From: an uncultured Acidimicrobiales bacterium
GTDB lineage: Bacteria; Actinomycetota; Acidimicrobiia; Acidimicrobiales; VFJN01
Length of the DNA: 64,000 nucleotides
Reading direction: 5' to 3'
NCBI GenBank assembly: GCA_963796415.1
Contig: CAWCLR010000019.1
Coordinates: forward strand, 84,928 to 148,927
Both the position numbers and the translations under genes were made by a program. Position 1 is the first letter of the stretch. Each line of letters starts with the position of its first letter. Below, one piece after another: positions 38,840 to 47,401 of the stretch. The notes below the pieces were generated by a model. The model was given only the letters and a program-made list of their open reading frames with translations, ran no database searches and was not told the DNA's origin.

Positions 38840-39507
38840 CCTACGCTCGGCCCATCACGCCCGCTGCCGACGATCGCACTCTCGTAGCCGCCGCGCAGGC
38901 CGGCGATCGAGCCGCGCTCGACGCGCTGCTCCGCCGGCACCACGAGCGCCTGTGGCGGCTCTGCCGGCGGCTCGTGGGCAACGACCACGACGCCGAGGAC
39001 GCCCTGCAGGAGGCGCTGGTCGCGGTCGCCCGTGGCATCCGCCGCTTCGACGGCCGCTCGGCGTTCACCACGTGGTCCTACCGGGTGGCGACGAACGCGT
39101 GCCTCGACGAACTGCGCCGCAGGCGGCGCCGGCCGCTCCCGGGCGCGCTCGGCGGCGGCGACGTGCCCGCAGCCGTCCCGGGCGCCGCGGAATGGGCGCC
39201 GCAGGACCCGCTGAGCCGAGACGGGCCCCGGCCGGCGTTCGGGCCGGGCGACGAGCCCGGCGCCGCCGCCATCGAAGCGGTGGGAGGGCGGCTCGACGTC
39301 GACGCGGCGCTGGCGCGGATCCCGTACGACTTCCGGGTGGCCGTCGTGCTCCGCGATCTGTGCGACCTCGACTACGCCGAGATCGGCCGCATCCTCGATC
39401 TCCCCGCAGGCACGGTCCGATCCCGCATCGCCCGCGGCCGCGGCCAGCTCGCCGACCTGCTGGGGAACCGCGACACTCCGACGGAACGTCCAACCCCTAC
39501 GCCATGA
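38836..39507 (+). CDS. ECF sigma factor (SigM-like position); no canonical start codon upstream of region 2
   Basis: Region 2 (LVAAAQAGDRAALDALLRRHHERLWRLCRRLVGNDHDAEDALQEALV) and region 4 (DYAEIGRILDLPAGTVRSRIARGR). The first in-frame ATG/GTG at 38974 would delete region 2.1. A CTG at 38836 overlaps the kinase stop. Confidence 0.8.
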   Translation: MTYARPITPAADDRTLVAAAQAGDRAALDALLRRHHERLWRLCRRLVGNDHDAEDALQEALVAVARGIRRFDGRSAFTTWSYRVATNACLDELRRRRRRPLPGALGGGDVPAAVPGAAEWAPQDPLSRDGPRPAFGPGDEPGAAAIEAVGGRLDVDAALARIPYDFRVAVVLRDLCDLDYAEIGRILDLPAGTVRSRIARGRGQLADLLGNRDTPTERPTPTP

Positions 39508-40418
39508 CGCCCGACGACCCCCGACCCGGCCCGAACGACCCCGACGCATCGGCGCCCTCCGCACGCGACGAGCGGGCGTCCGCGCTCGTCGACGGGATGC
39601 TCGACGGGGCCGAGGAGGCCGAGACTCGGCACGCGCCCGACGTGGTGGCGCGGGCGGCCGAGATGGACGTCGCCCGCGCCGCGCTCCGCGACGTCCCTCC
39701 TGCCGATGCGGCCGCCCGCTCGCGGGCCGTCGCGGCCGCGCTCGCGGCCTACGACGAGACCGCGGTCCCCCGCTCGCCCGACGGGCCGGGCCAGGTCGCG
39801 GACCTCGGCGCGCACCGGCGCCGATCCGGTCCGTCGGGCCGCTGGCTGGGGGCGGCCGCGGCCGCGGTGGTGCTGATCGGGATCATCGCCGTGGGGCTGG
39901 TCGGATCCTCGTCCGACGACACGTCCGACGACCTCACGGTCGCGCTGGACAGCTCCGACTCCGACCCGGGCGCGGCCGAGTCGGCCGAGGACGGGGGCAC
40001 GGCGGACGACGAGGCCTCGGCAGAGGCCCCGTCGGCCGGGGCCCCGGAAGGGACCGACGAGACCCTCTCCGGGTCCGAGCTCGGCACGGCCGATTCGCGC
40101 GCCGCCGACCTCGGCACGTTCCCGTCCGCCGACGACCTCCTCGACGCCGCCAGCGAGCGCCCCGAGGCCCAGCGCGACGCGGCGGGTGTCTTCGGCCCGG
40201 GGAACGACGCCGACGCGGCCGCCGAGGCCGCCCCGCCCCCGTGCCCGGCCGGCGTGCCCGATCCGTTCGAGCGGGCCGGTGCCGGGCCGTTGCTCGTGGG
40301 GAACGGCGTCGTCGTCGGCGTGACCGTCGGCGTGTGGCGCGTCGGGTCACCCGAGGCGGCTCGGCTCGTGGTCGTCGACCCCAGCTGTGGGGTGCTGGCG
40401 CAGCGGCCGCTGGGCTGA
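39504..40418 (+). CDS. Putative anti-sigma factor (single-pass membrane protein)
   Basis: ATGA overlap with the sigma stop. One TM (WLGAAAAAVVLIGIIAVGLVG) and an acidic extracytoplasmic region. Assignment is by position and topology. Confidence 0.6.
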   Translation: MTPDDPRPGPNDPDASAPSARDERASALVDGMLDGAEEAETRHAPDVVARAAEMDVARAALRDVPPADAAARSRAVAAALAAYDETAVPRSPDGPGQVADLGAHRRRSGPSGRWLGAAAAAVVLIGIIAVGLVGSSSDDTSDDLTVALDSSDSDPGAAESAEDGGTADDEASAEAPSAGAPEGTDETLSGSELGTADSRAADLGTFPSADDLLDAASERPEAQRDAAGVFGPGNDADAAAEAAPPPCPAGVPDPFERAGAGPLLVGNGVVVGVTVGVWRVGSPEAARLVVVDPSCGVLAQRPLG

Positions 40419-40521
40419 CCCAGGGTCAGGGATCCGAGCACCCAAGCCCCGGGCGCCGCCGGACCACGTGCCGACCGACCACGCACGAGCCGGTGCAGGC
40501 GCGCAAGTAGGCTTCCCGCGC

Positions 40522-40896
40522 ATGGCGAACGCCACGACTTCCGGCCGTCCTGCACCCATGCTGCCCGGTCCGCCGCCGCCCGACCGCGACTGGCCCGCCC
40601 AGGCCGCCGACACCGTCGTACGGGTCGTCGGGCAGGTCAGGGACAAGACCACAGGACCCGCTCTCCAGGCCGCCCGCGCAGTCATCTACGGGGCCTTCGG
40701 CGCGATCATCGCCATCGCCTGCGTGATCGTGTTGATCATCGGCGCCGTGCGGCTGCTCGATGTGTACCTCCCCGACTCCGTTTTCGGCGAGGACCACGTC
40801 TGGGTGGTCTACCTGATGATCGGCCTCGTATTCGTCATCGCCGGTGCGGTGAGCTGGTCTCGGCGCCAGCCGGCGCGGGAAGAACCGCAGACGTGA
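40522..40896 (+). CDS. Small two-TM membrane protein, function unknown
   Basis: 124 aa from the ATG at 40522, with two hydrophobic helices. Confidence 0.5.
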   Translation: MANATTSGRPAPMLPGPPPPDRDWPAQAADTVVRVVGQVRDKTTGPALQAARAVIYGAFGAIIAIACVIVLIIGAVRLLDVYLPDSVFGEDHVWVVYLMIGLVFVIAGAVSWSRRQPAREEPQT

Positions 40897-40963
40897 CGAC
40901 GTTGAGCCGCATGTGCCGCCCACAGGGTGCGGCGACGCATCGACGAGACAGGACATCCTGGAC

Positions 40964-41932
40964 GTGACCGACACGCGCAAGGTCATCATCATCGGGTCGG
41001 GTCCCGCAGGCCTGACCGCCGCGGTCTACACGGCGCGCGCCAACCTCGAGCCCCTGCTGCTCGAGGGCGAGCCGTCGTCGACCAGCGACCAGCCCGGCGG
41101 TCAGCTCATGCTCACCACCGAGGTCGAGAACTTCCCCGGCTTCCCCGAGGGCATCATGGGCCCCGAGCTGATGACGCGGTTCCGTGAGCAGGCGGCCCGC
41201 TTCGGCACCGAGATCCGCACCGAGAAGGCCAGCCGGGTCGACCTGTCGAGTCGCCCGTTCGGCGTGTGGGTCGGCGATCCCGATGCCGCCGAGCCCACCT
41301 ACGCCGCCGACGCCATCATCATCTCCACCGGCGCCCAGTCGCTGATGCTGGGCATCGATCGCGAGGCCGAGCTCATCGGCCACGGCGTGTCAACGTGCGC
41401 GACGTGCGACGGGTTCTTCTTCCGTGACCACGACATCGCCGTGGTCGGTGGGGGCGACTCCGCGCTCGAGGAGGCCATCTTCCTGACGAAGTTCGCCCGG
41501 TCCGTCACCATCGTCCACCGGCGCGACGAACTGCGGGCCTCCAAGATCATGCAAGAGCGGGCCAAGGCCAACGAGAAGATCCGGTTCCTGTGGAACCACG
41601 TCGTCGAGGACGTGGCCGGCGACACGACGCTCACGGGTGTGACGGTGCGCAACGTCCTCACCGACGAGACCAGCGAGCTGCCGGTGACGGGGCTGTTCGT
41701 GGCCATCGGCCACAAGCCCAACACCGACCTGTTCAAGGGCCAGCTCGAGATGGAGGAGTCGGGCTACCTCGTGACCGGGCTCGCCGGCGGGGCCAGCACG
41801 ACCAACGTCGAGGGCATCTTCGCCTGCGGCGACGTGCAGGACCACACATACCGGCAGGCCGTCACGGCCGCCGGGTCGGGCTGCGAGGCGGCGCTCGACG
41901 CGGAGCGCTGGCTCGAGGCGCAGCATGGCTGA
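40964..41932 (+). CDS. trxB: Thioredoxin-disulfide reductase
   Basis: Contains VIIIGSGPAG, redox CATCDG and VVGGGDSALEEA. The GTG at 40964 is preferred; the ORF opens at 40913. Confidence 0.92.
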   Translation: MTDTRKVIIIGSGPAGLTAAVYTARANLEPLLLEGEPSSTSDQPGGQLMLTTEVENFPGFPEGIMGPELMTRFREQAARFGTEIRTEKASRVDLSSRPFGVWVGDPDAAEPTYAADAIIISTGAQSLMLGIDREAELIGHGVSTCATCDGFFFRDHDIAVVGGGDSALEEAIFLTKFARSVTIVHRRDELRASKIMQERAKANEKIRFLWNHVVEDVAGDTTLTGVTVRNVLTDETSELPVTGLFVAIGHKPNTDLFKGQLEMEESGYLVTGLAGGASTTNVEGIFACGDVQDHTYRQAVTAAGSGCEAALDAERWLEAQHG

Positions 41933-42048
41933 GGTCCAGCCCGAGGGAACAAGTTCCACTTCGGGGCTGTTGCTGCCTGGCTAGAGGGCACGCCCTCAGG
42001 GCAGGGCCCACGAGATCACACCATCCGCAAGGAAAGGTCACCGAGACA

Positions 42049-42378
42049 ATGGCTGGAAGCACAAGCACCCTCACCGATGCGACGTTCGACGAGACGATCG
42101 GCGCTGCGGCCGAGACCGTCGTCGTCGACTTCTGGGCCGAGTGGTGCGGGCCGTGCAAGATGATCGCCCCGATCCTCGACGAGATCGCCAACGAGCACGC
42201 CGGCAAGCTCACGGTCGCCAAGCTGAACGTCGACGAGAACCCCGACGTCGCCCGGCGCTTCGACGTGATGAGCATCCCGACCCTGATCGTGTTCAAAGAC
42301 GGTGCCGCCCAGAAGCGCCTGGTCGGAGCGAAGGGCAAGGGTCAACTTCTGGCTGAGCTCGACGAATTTCTGCCCTGA
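42049..42378 (+). CDS. trxA: Thioredoxin
   Basis: WCGPC active site; 109 aa. Confidence 0.95.
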   Translation: MAGSTSTLTDATFDETIGAAAETVVVDFWAEWCGPCKMIAPILDEIANEHAGKLTVAKLNVDENPDVARRFDVMSIPTLIVFKDGAAQKRLVGAKGKGQLLAELDEFLP

Positions 42379-42396
42379 CCCTCACCCAGAGACGTA

Positions 42397-42425
42397 ATCC
42401 ACAACCTGTGCGAAAGGTTGTGGAT
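42397..42425. repeat. Perfect 10-bp inverted repeat ATCCACAACC-N9-GGTTGTGGAT containing DnaA-box-like TCCACA cores
   Basis: Seen directly, 19 nt after the trxA stop. Confidence 0.8.
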
Positions 42426-42431
42426 GACATA

Positions 42432-42480
42432 GACCCCAACTTGAGGACGGACCAACCTCAGGTTGGGGTCGAGTCTTTTT
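42432..42480 (+). terminator. Intrinsic terminator of trxA
   Basis: A 15-bp stem (gaccccaacttgagg / cctcaggttggggtc, one mismatch) with a 9-nt loop, followed by gagtcTTTTT. Confidence 0.75.
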
Positions 42481-42737
42481 CGGGGTCCTCGCTTGTCATC
42501 AGATGTCGGTGGATGTCTCCCCGTGGCATGCGATGCCCGTTGCCGCACGCTCCGTGGGATTCGTTGCCCATGATCGCTCCGTAGCGTGGCAGGTTGCGGG
42601 TGCCGTCGCTGGCGTCGGCTCCCCGACCCGACGCGCGGGCGCCACGTCGGACAAGTGTGGACGACCACACCGCGGCTGGGGACACCGCGCCAGGGCTGAT
42701 CGCGGCGATTGCGGGTCGTCGTCGATCGTCGGGAGCT

Positions 42738-43631
42738 TCAGGCCGGCGATGCGGAGTCGCCCGGCGACATGACCCGGTAGATGCGCTCGAGATCCTCGAG
42801 ATCGGCGAACTCGATCACGACGCGCCCCCGCTTCGGGCCCATGTTGATCTTCACGCGGGTGTCGAGCTGATCAGCGAGCAGCTCCTCCAGCTCGAGGAGC
42901 CCGGGGGCCCGCAGCTTGCTGCCGGGCGTGCCCCCGTTCGGGGCCGGCGACGGGGGCGCCGCTGTGCGCACCCGCACCGCTTCCTCGGTCTCGCGAACGG
43001 TGAGTCCCTCGGCGACGATCCGCCGTGCCAGGGACTCCTGGAACGAGCGGTCGGGAGTGCCGAGAAGGGCCTTGGCGTGCCCGGCGGACACCTGACCGTC
43101 GGCCACGAGCCGTTGGACCTGTGGGGTGAGCTGGAAGAGGCGCAGGAGGTTGGCCACGGCCGAGCGGCTCTTGCCCACGCGGTGAGCGACGGCCTCCTGC
43201 GTCATCCCGAAGTCCTCGATCAGCTGCTGGTACGCCGCCGCCTCCTCGAGCGGGTTGAGGTCGTCGCGGTGGAGGTTCTCGACCAGGGCGTGCTGCAACG
43301 TGAGCTCGTCGCTGACGTCGCGCACGATGATCGGCATGAACTGCAGCCCAGCCCGCTTCGCCGCCCGCCAGCGGCGTTCGCCCGCGATCAGCTCGAAGCG
43401 ATCGGACGCCACCTCGCGCACCAGGACCGGCTGCAGGATGCCCAGCTCGCGGATCGACGCGGTCAGCCCGGCGAGCGACTCCTCGTCGAAGTGATTGCGC
43501 GGCTGGTAGGGGTTGGGAGCGATCTCGCTGATCGGCACCTCGCGCACGGCCGGGCGGTCGGCCCCATCGGTGGTGACGTCTTGCGGGATGAGGGCCCCGA
43601 GGCCCCTACCCAGCCCGCTGCGCCGCTCCAC
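42738..43631 (-). CDS. parB: Chromosome partitioning protein ParB
   Basis: Contains GLGRGLGALIP, PNPYQPR, LIAGERRWRAAK and an HTH region; 297 aa. Confidence 0.95.
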   Translation of the reverse strand: MERRSGLGRGLGALIPQDVTTDGADRPAVREVPISEIAPNPYQPRNHFDEESLAGLTASIRELGILQPVLVREVASDRFELIAGERRWRAAKRAGLQFMPIIVRDVSDELTLQHALVENLHRDDLNPLEEAAAYQQLIEDFGMTQEAVAHRVGKSRSAVANLLRLFQLTPQVQRLVADGQVSAGHAKALLGTPDRSFQESLARRIVAEGLTVRETEEAVRVRTAAPPSPAPNGGTPGSKLRAPGLLELEELLADQLDTRVKINMGPKRGRVVIEFADLEDLERIYRVMSPGDSASPA

Positions 43632-44643
43632 CGCTCACCTCCATCGCGAGGCTGCGATACGCGATCGACCCGCGCGACGTGGGGTCGAACGTGATGATCG
43701 GCTGACCGAACGACGGCGCCTCGCTGAGCCGGACCGTGCGAGGCACGATGCTGTTGCAGACCTTCTCGCCGAAGTGATCGCGCACCTCGTGGACCACCTG
43801 GTCGGCGAGCTTGGTGCGGGCGTCGTACATCACGAGCACCATCGCACTGAGCTCGAGCCGGGGATTCAGGTTGCGCTGCACCAGCTGGACGTTGCGGAGG
43901 AGCTGCCCGAGGCCCTCGAGGGCGTAGTACTCGCACTGGATCGGGACGAGCACCTCGCTGGCGGCGGCGAGGCCGTTGACCGTCAGCAGGCCCAGCGAGG
44001 GCGGGCAGTCGATGAGCACGAAGTCGTAGTCATCGCGGACCGCCTCGAGCGCACGCCGGAGCCGCATCTCCCGGCTGAACGCGGGTACGAGCTCGATCTC
44101 CGCGCCGGCGAGGTCGAGCGCCGCCGGCGCGCAGAACAGGTTGCGAACCGCCGTCGCCTCCACGCAGTCCTCGACCGGGAGGTCGTTGAGCACGACGTCG
44201 TACATCGACGCCTGGAGGTCCCGGATGTTGATGCCGAGCCCCGTGCTGGCGTTCCCCTGTGGATCCAGATCGACCACGAGCGTGCGGTAGCCGAGCTCGG
44301 CCAGGCACGCGCCGAGGTTCACGGCGGTCGTGGTCTTGCCGACGCCGCCCTTCTGGTTGGCGATGGCGATCGTGCGTGGCAGCGGTCGCTGGAACGGCGT
44401 GGGAGCCGACGCCGCCGTGGCTGTCGCCGCCGCGTCGCTTGGAGCCGGCTCGTGGCCGTCGCCGTGCTCCTCGAGCACCGCGGAAGAGGGAGTCGTCACC
44501 TGTGCAGCCTCGGGAGTTGATCGCGATCGGTCACCGCTGAGGTCGTCGAGCGGAGGGATTCGCTCGACGCCCGGCAGGGAGAAACTGGACTTCCCGGGAG
44601 AGGCCTTGGCCTGAGTCACGGCATCGGGCGCTCTCTCGGTCAT
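43606..44643 (-). CDS. parA: Chromosome partitioning ATPase ParA/Soj
   Basis: Deviant Walker A IANQKGGVGKTTT, DLDPQGN and IDCPPSLG. N-terminal ~95-aa extension. Start ATG at 44643 or 44652. Confidence 0.92.
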   Translation of the reverse strand: MTERAPDAVTQAKASPGKSSFSLPGVERIPPLDDLSGDRSRSTPEAAQVTTPSSAVLEEHGDGHEPAPSDAAATATAASAPTPFQRPLPRTIAIANQKGGVGKTTTAVNLGACLAELGYRTLVVDLDPQGNASTGLGINIRDLQASMYDVVLNDLPVEDCVEATAVRNLFCAPAALDLAGAEIELVPAFSREMRLRRALEAVRDDYDFVLIDCPPSLGLLTVNGLAAASEVLVPIQCEYYALEGLGQLLRNVQLVQRNLNPRLELSAMVLVMYDARTKLADQVVHEVRDHFGEKVCNSIVPRTVRLSEAPSFGQPIITFDPTSRGSIAYRSLAMEVSGGAAQRAG

Positions 44644-44700
44644 CCGGCACATGTTTCCGGGCCGGCGGTGTCGGGTCAAGCCCCGACGATGGACGCCGAG

Positions 44701-44716
44701 CGTTCCACGTGGAACA
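44701..44716. promoter_or_regulatory. parS-like site cGTTCCACGTGGAACa
   Basis: 14-bp perfect palindrome, ~60 bp upstream of the parA start. Confidence 0.75.
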
Positions 44717-45043
44717 TCGGGGCCCCCGCCGGGTGGCGCCAGGATACACCGAGGCCACGTGAGAGGGCCCAATACCACCCTCCGCGCGATGTTCTCGCGC
44801 CCAGCACGGCGGACCGGCAGCTACCCCACCCCGGTGGCCGCACGCCGCTCGTGCACGTGCCCGCCGCCAGATCGGCTCGACACACACGCCCGACCCCGGC
44901 TGTTGGTGCGCTGCGAGCACACGGGTCGTCCACGTGTCGCCTTGCGGAGAACCGGGGCCTTCCATTGGCCGGGTGGCACGGCGGGCGCGTCCGATCCCGC
45001 TGCGGTCGATCCACCACCTGATGATCCGGGGGGGAGCGAGTGG

Positions 45044-45059
45044 TGTTCCACGTGGAACA
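45044..45059. promoter_or_regulatory. parS-like site TGTTCCACGTGGAACA
   Basis: 16-bp perfect palindrome. Confidence 0.8.
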
Positions 45060-45091
45060 GGGGAGGGCGTCGGCGGCGCACAGGGAGCCTG

Positions 45092-45107
45092 TGTTCCACG
45101 TGGAACA
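45092..45107. promoter_or_regulatory. parS-like site TGTTCCACGTGGAACA
   Basis: 16-bp perfect palindrome, 48 bp from the previous copy. Confidence 0.8.
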
Positions 45108-45619
45108 CGCGAACCGCCGGGCGACCCAGGGATGCTCCCCTGGCAATCAAGCGGCCCGACCCTGCCCGCACCCGCCAACGACCAGCAGGACCGACACCGG
45201 GAAGGCGGCAGTCGCGGGCGCCGGACCATCGCTCTGCCGACCCGGCCCAGATGTAGGACTGCAGAGAGCGACGACCAGCCCCTCGGGCAGCCCGTCCTCG
45301 ATGGGCTCCCGAGCTCTCCGGCCCGGGCACCAGTGCAGCCGGTGCCCCCACCGCGCCGGCGCGCCGGCGTCCTCCTCCCGGGCGCACGACCCGGCGTTTG
45401 CCCCGCCTCGGCAGCCGCCGTAGCGGCGCGGTCGGTCAGAGGGATCCCGCTACTTTCACGGCCAGCTCGGCAGGCCGTGCACGACCACCACGTGGGCGCC
45501 GGGGCGCCGAGGAGGGCGGGCTGTCCCGACAGAGCGGGCGTTGTCCACCGAGTCGGGCCAACTCCTCCGCATCGAGCCTCGACGATGTCTCGTCGGTGCC
45601 CGGGGGCAAGCGGGCGGGC

Positions 45620-45635
45620 TGTTCCACGTGGAACA
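45620..45635. promoter_or_regulatory. parS-like site TGTTCCACGTGGAACA
   Basis: 16-bp perfect palindrome, ~55 bp downstream of the rsmG stop. Confidence 0.8.
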
Positions 45636-45690
45636 GCCCTTCCGGCGGGGGAGTCGGCCGGCTTGAGCGCGCCAACGAGCCGGCCGACAG

Positions 45691-46389
45691 TCAGAACAGC
45701 GGTCGCTTGGCGGGCACGCCGTCGCGACGCGGGAACCGATCGGGGCACGGACGGGTGAGCACGAGCGACCGGTAGTGGAACGGCGCGGTCCACGCACTCT
45801 CGACAGCCAGCCCCACCAGATCGAGCCCCGCCGCCGGCCAGCGGTCGGGGGTCTCGCCGGCGAGCTCCGCGCCGATCGCGCCCGGTTCCTCAGTTCGGTA
45901 CTCGCTGTCGGCAGGCGGGTCGCTCACCAACAGCCGGCCCCCGCCCTGGAGGAAGGGCGCCGCACATTCGGCCGTCACCGCAGGCGGTCCGAACCCCCGG
46001 GCGACGACGACATCGAAGCGGCCTCGCAGGGCCGCGACCCGACCGGCTGACTCCGCCCGTGCCCGGACCACTCGCACGCGCGCCGCGAGGGCGAGTGTGT
46101 CGACCGCGGACTCGAGGAAGGCGGTGCGTCGGGCCGAGGCGTCCACGAGGACCAGATCGGCGTCGGGCCAGGCGTACGCGAGGACCAGGCCGGGAACCCC
46201 GCCACCGCTGCCGAGGTCGAGGACCCGGCGGGGGCTGACACCCGCCCGCCCGACGGGCCCCGCGGCGAACCCGAGCGCGTGCTCCACCTGGACGCGCACG
46301 GAGCCGGGCCCGAGGAATCCCAGGCTCCGGCTCCGTGCCAGAACGCTCTCGACGGCGGCGGACTCGGCAGGCGTCACGTCGCCGCCCAC
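45691..46389 (-). CDS. rsmG: 16S rRNA (guanine527-N7)-methyltransferase RsmG/GidB
   Basis: Contains VLDLGSGGGVPGLVLA...VDASARRTAFL...ARGF motifs, at the conserved position between jag and parA. Confidence 0.9.
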   Translation of the reverse strand: MGGDVTPAESAAVESVLARSRSLGFLGPGSVRVQVEHALGFAAGPVGRAGVSPRRVLDLGSGGGVPGLVLAYAWPDADLVLVDASARRTAFLESAVDTLALAARVRVVRARAESAGRVAALRGRFDVVVARGFGPPAVTAECAAPFLQGGGRLLVSDPPADSEYRTEEPGAIGAELAGETPDRWPAAGLDLVGLAVESAWTAPFHYRSLVLTRPCPDRFPRRDGVPAKRPLF

Positions 46390-46408
46390 CGACCGACGAA
46401 CCCGCGGC

Positions 46409-47398
46409 TCACGTCGGGCGGATGACCACCCGACGGGCGGCGTCCTCGCCCTCGGACACCGTGACGACTCCCTCGATCTCGTTCACGGTGTCGTGCACCA
46501 CCTTGCGGTCGGCCGAACCCATCGGGTCGAGCGCCTTGGCGACGCCCGACTCCTTCACCGACTCCGCGATGCTCGTGGCGAACCGGGCCAGGGCCTCCTT
46601 GCGGCGCGCCCGGTAGCCGGCCACGTCGACCCGCACGCGAGCGTGGGGCTGCCCGACGAACTGGCGCTGCACCATGCTCCGGACGAGCTCCTGGACCGCC
46701 GCCAACGTCACGCCCTTCTGCCCGACGAGCAGGCCGAGCTCGGACCCGTCGACGGACGCCTCGAGCGCCTCGTCCTCACCGACCGCGATCGCGATGGTCG
46801 CGTCCGGCCGACCGAAAGCGGCCAGGAGGTCTGTGAGGAAACCCTCGACCGCCGCCTGCTGGGCCTCGAGGTCCATCGTCTCCGTGCTCGACTCACCCGA
46901 CGACTCCGTGTTGTCGCTCACCGCTGCTCCCTCTGCCGACGAAGACGGTCGGTTGCGCCGCCTCCTCCTGTTCCCACCCGCGGCGCCGCCACCGGAACCC
47001 GGACGACGTGAGCCGGCGGTGCCGGACGACGTGTCGTCGTCGCCAGTCGCTCCGGGGCCCGGGCGTTCGGCGTCGGTGCTCGACCCGCCGCCCGACGTCC
47101 CCACGCCGGCCGCGACCCGCTCGCGGCCCCCTCCGGCGCTCTTACGGGCGCGTCCCCGGTCGCTCTCGCGCCCGCGGCGGTCGCCCCGCCGGCGGTCGCG
47201 CCGATCGACCTTCGGGCGCGGGCTCGTGGGGCGAACGCGTGCGCGTACCTGCGCCTCGGCGCGCAGGCGGCCGAACAGGCCCTTCTGCGCGTCCTGCACG
47301 ACTTCGATCTCAGCATCCTGCTCGTCGACGCCCAGTTGATCGAGGGCCATCTCGGTGGCCTCCTCGATCGTGCGGGCGGACGTGACGACCCATTCCAC
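46409..47398 (-). CDS. jag: Jag/KhpB-like RNA-binding protein (Jag_N, KH, R3H) with long Arg/Gly-rich linker
   Basis: N-terminus ARTIEEATEMALDQLGV. C-terminal KH/R3H (GLLVGQKGVTLAAVQ..., PMGSADRKVVHDTV). Confidence 0.9.
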   Translation of the reverse strand: MEWVVTSARTIEEATEMALDQLGVDEQDAEIEVVQDAQKGLFGRLRAEAQVRARVRPTSPRPKVDRRDRRRGDRRGRESDRGRARKSAGGGRERVAAGVGTSGGGSSTDAERPGPGATGDDDTSSGTAGSRRPGSGGGAAGGNRRRRRNRPSSSAEGAAVSDNTESSGESSTETMDLEAQQAAVEGFLTDLLAAFGRPDATIAIAVGEDEALEASVDGSELGLLVGQKGVTLAAVQELVRSMVQRQFVGQPHARVRVDVAGYRARRKEALARFATSIAESVKESGVAKALDPMGSADRKVVHDTVNEIEGVVTVSEGEDAARRVVIRPT

Positions 47399-47401
47399 GA
47401 T

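Noticed and set aside
42458-42685. 75-aa minus-strand ORF (and the internal 37-aa His/Cys-rich version) in the trxA-parB spacer
   Set aside because: There is no SD, no recognisable family, and its 3' end runs into the trxA terminator hairpin. It is mentioned only as context in a finding and not called as a gene.
44531-45793. 420-aa minus-strand ORF and several plus-strand ORFs covering the parA-rsmG spacer
   Set aside because: The composition is Arg/Pro/Gly-rich and no motif was recognised. The ORFs run straight through the parS palindromes; the FHVE/STWN peptides merely translate the repeat. Treated as non-coding, although a decayed gene cannot be excluded without a GC3 or homology test.
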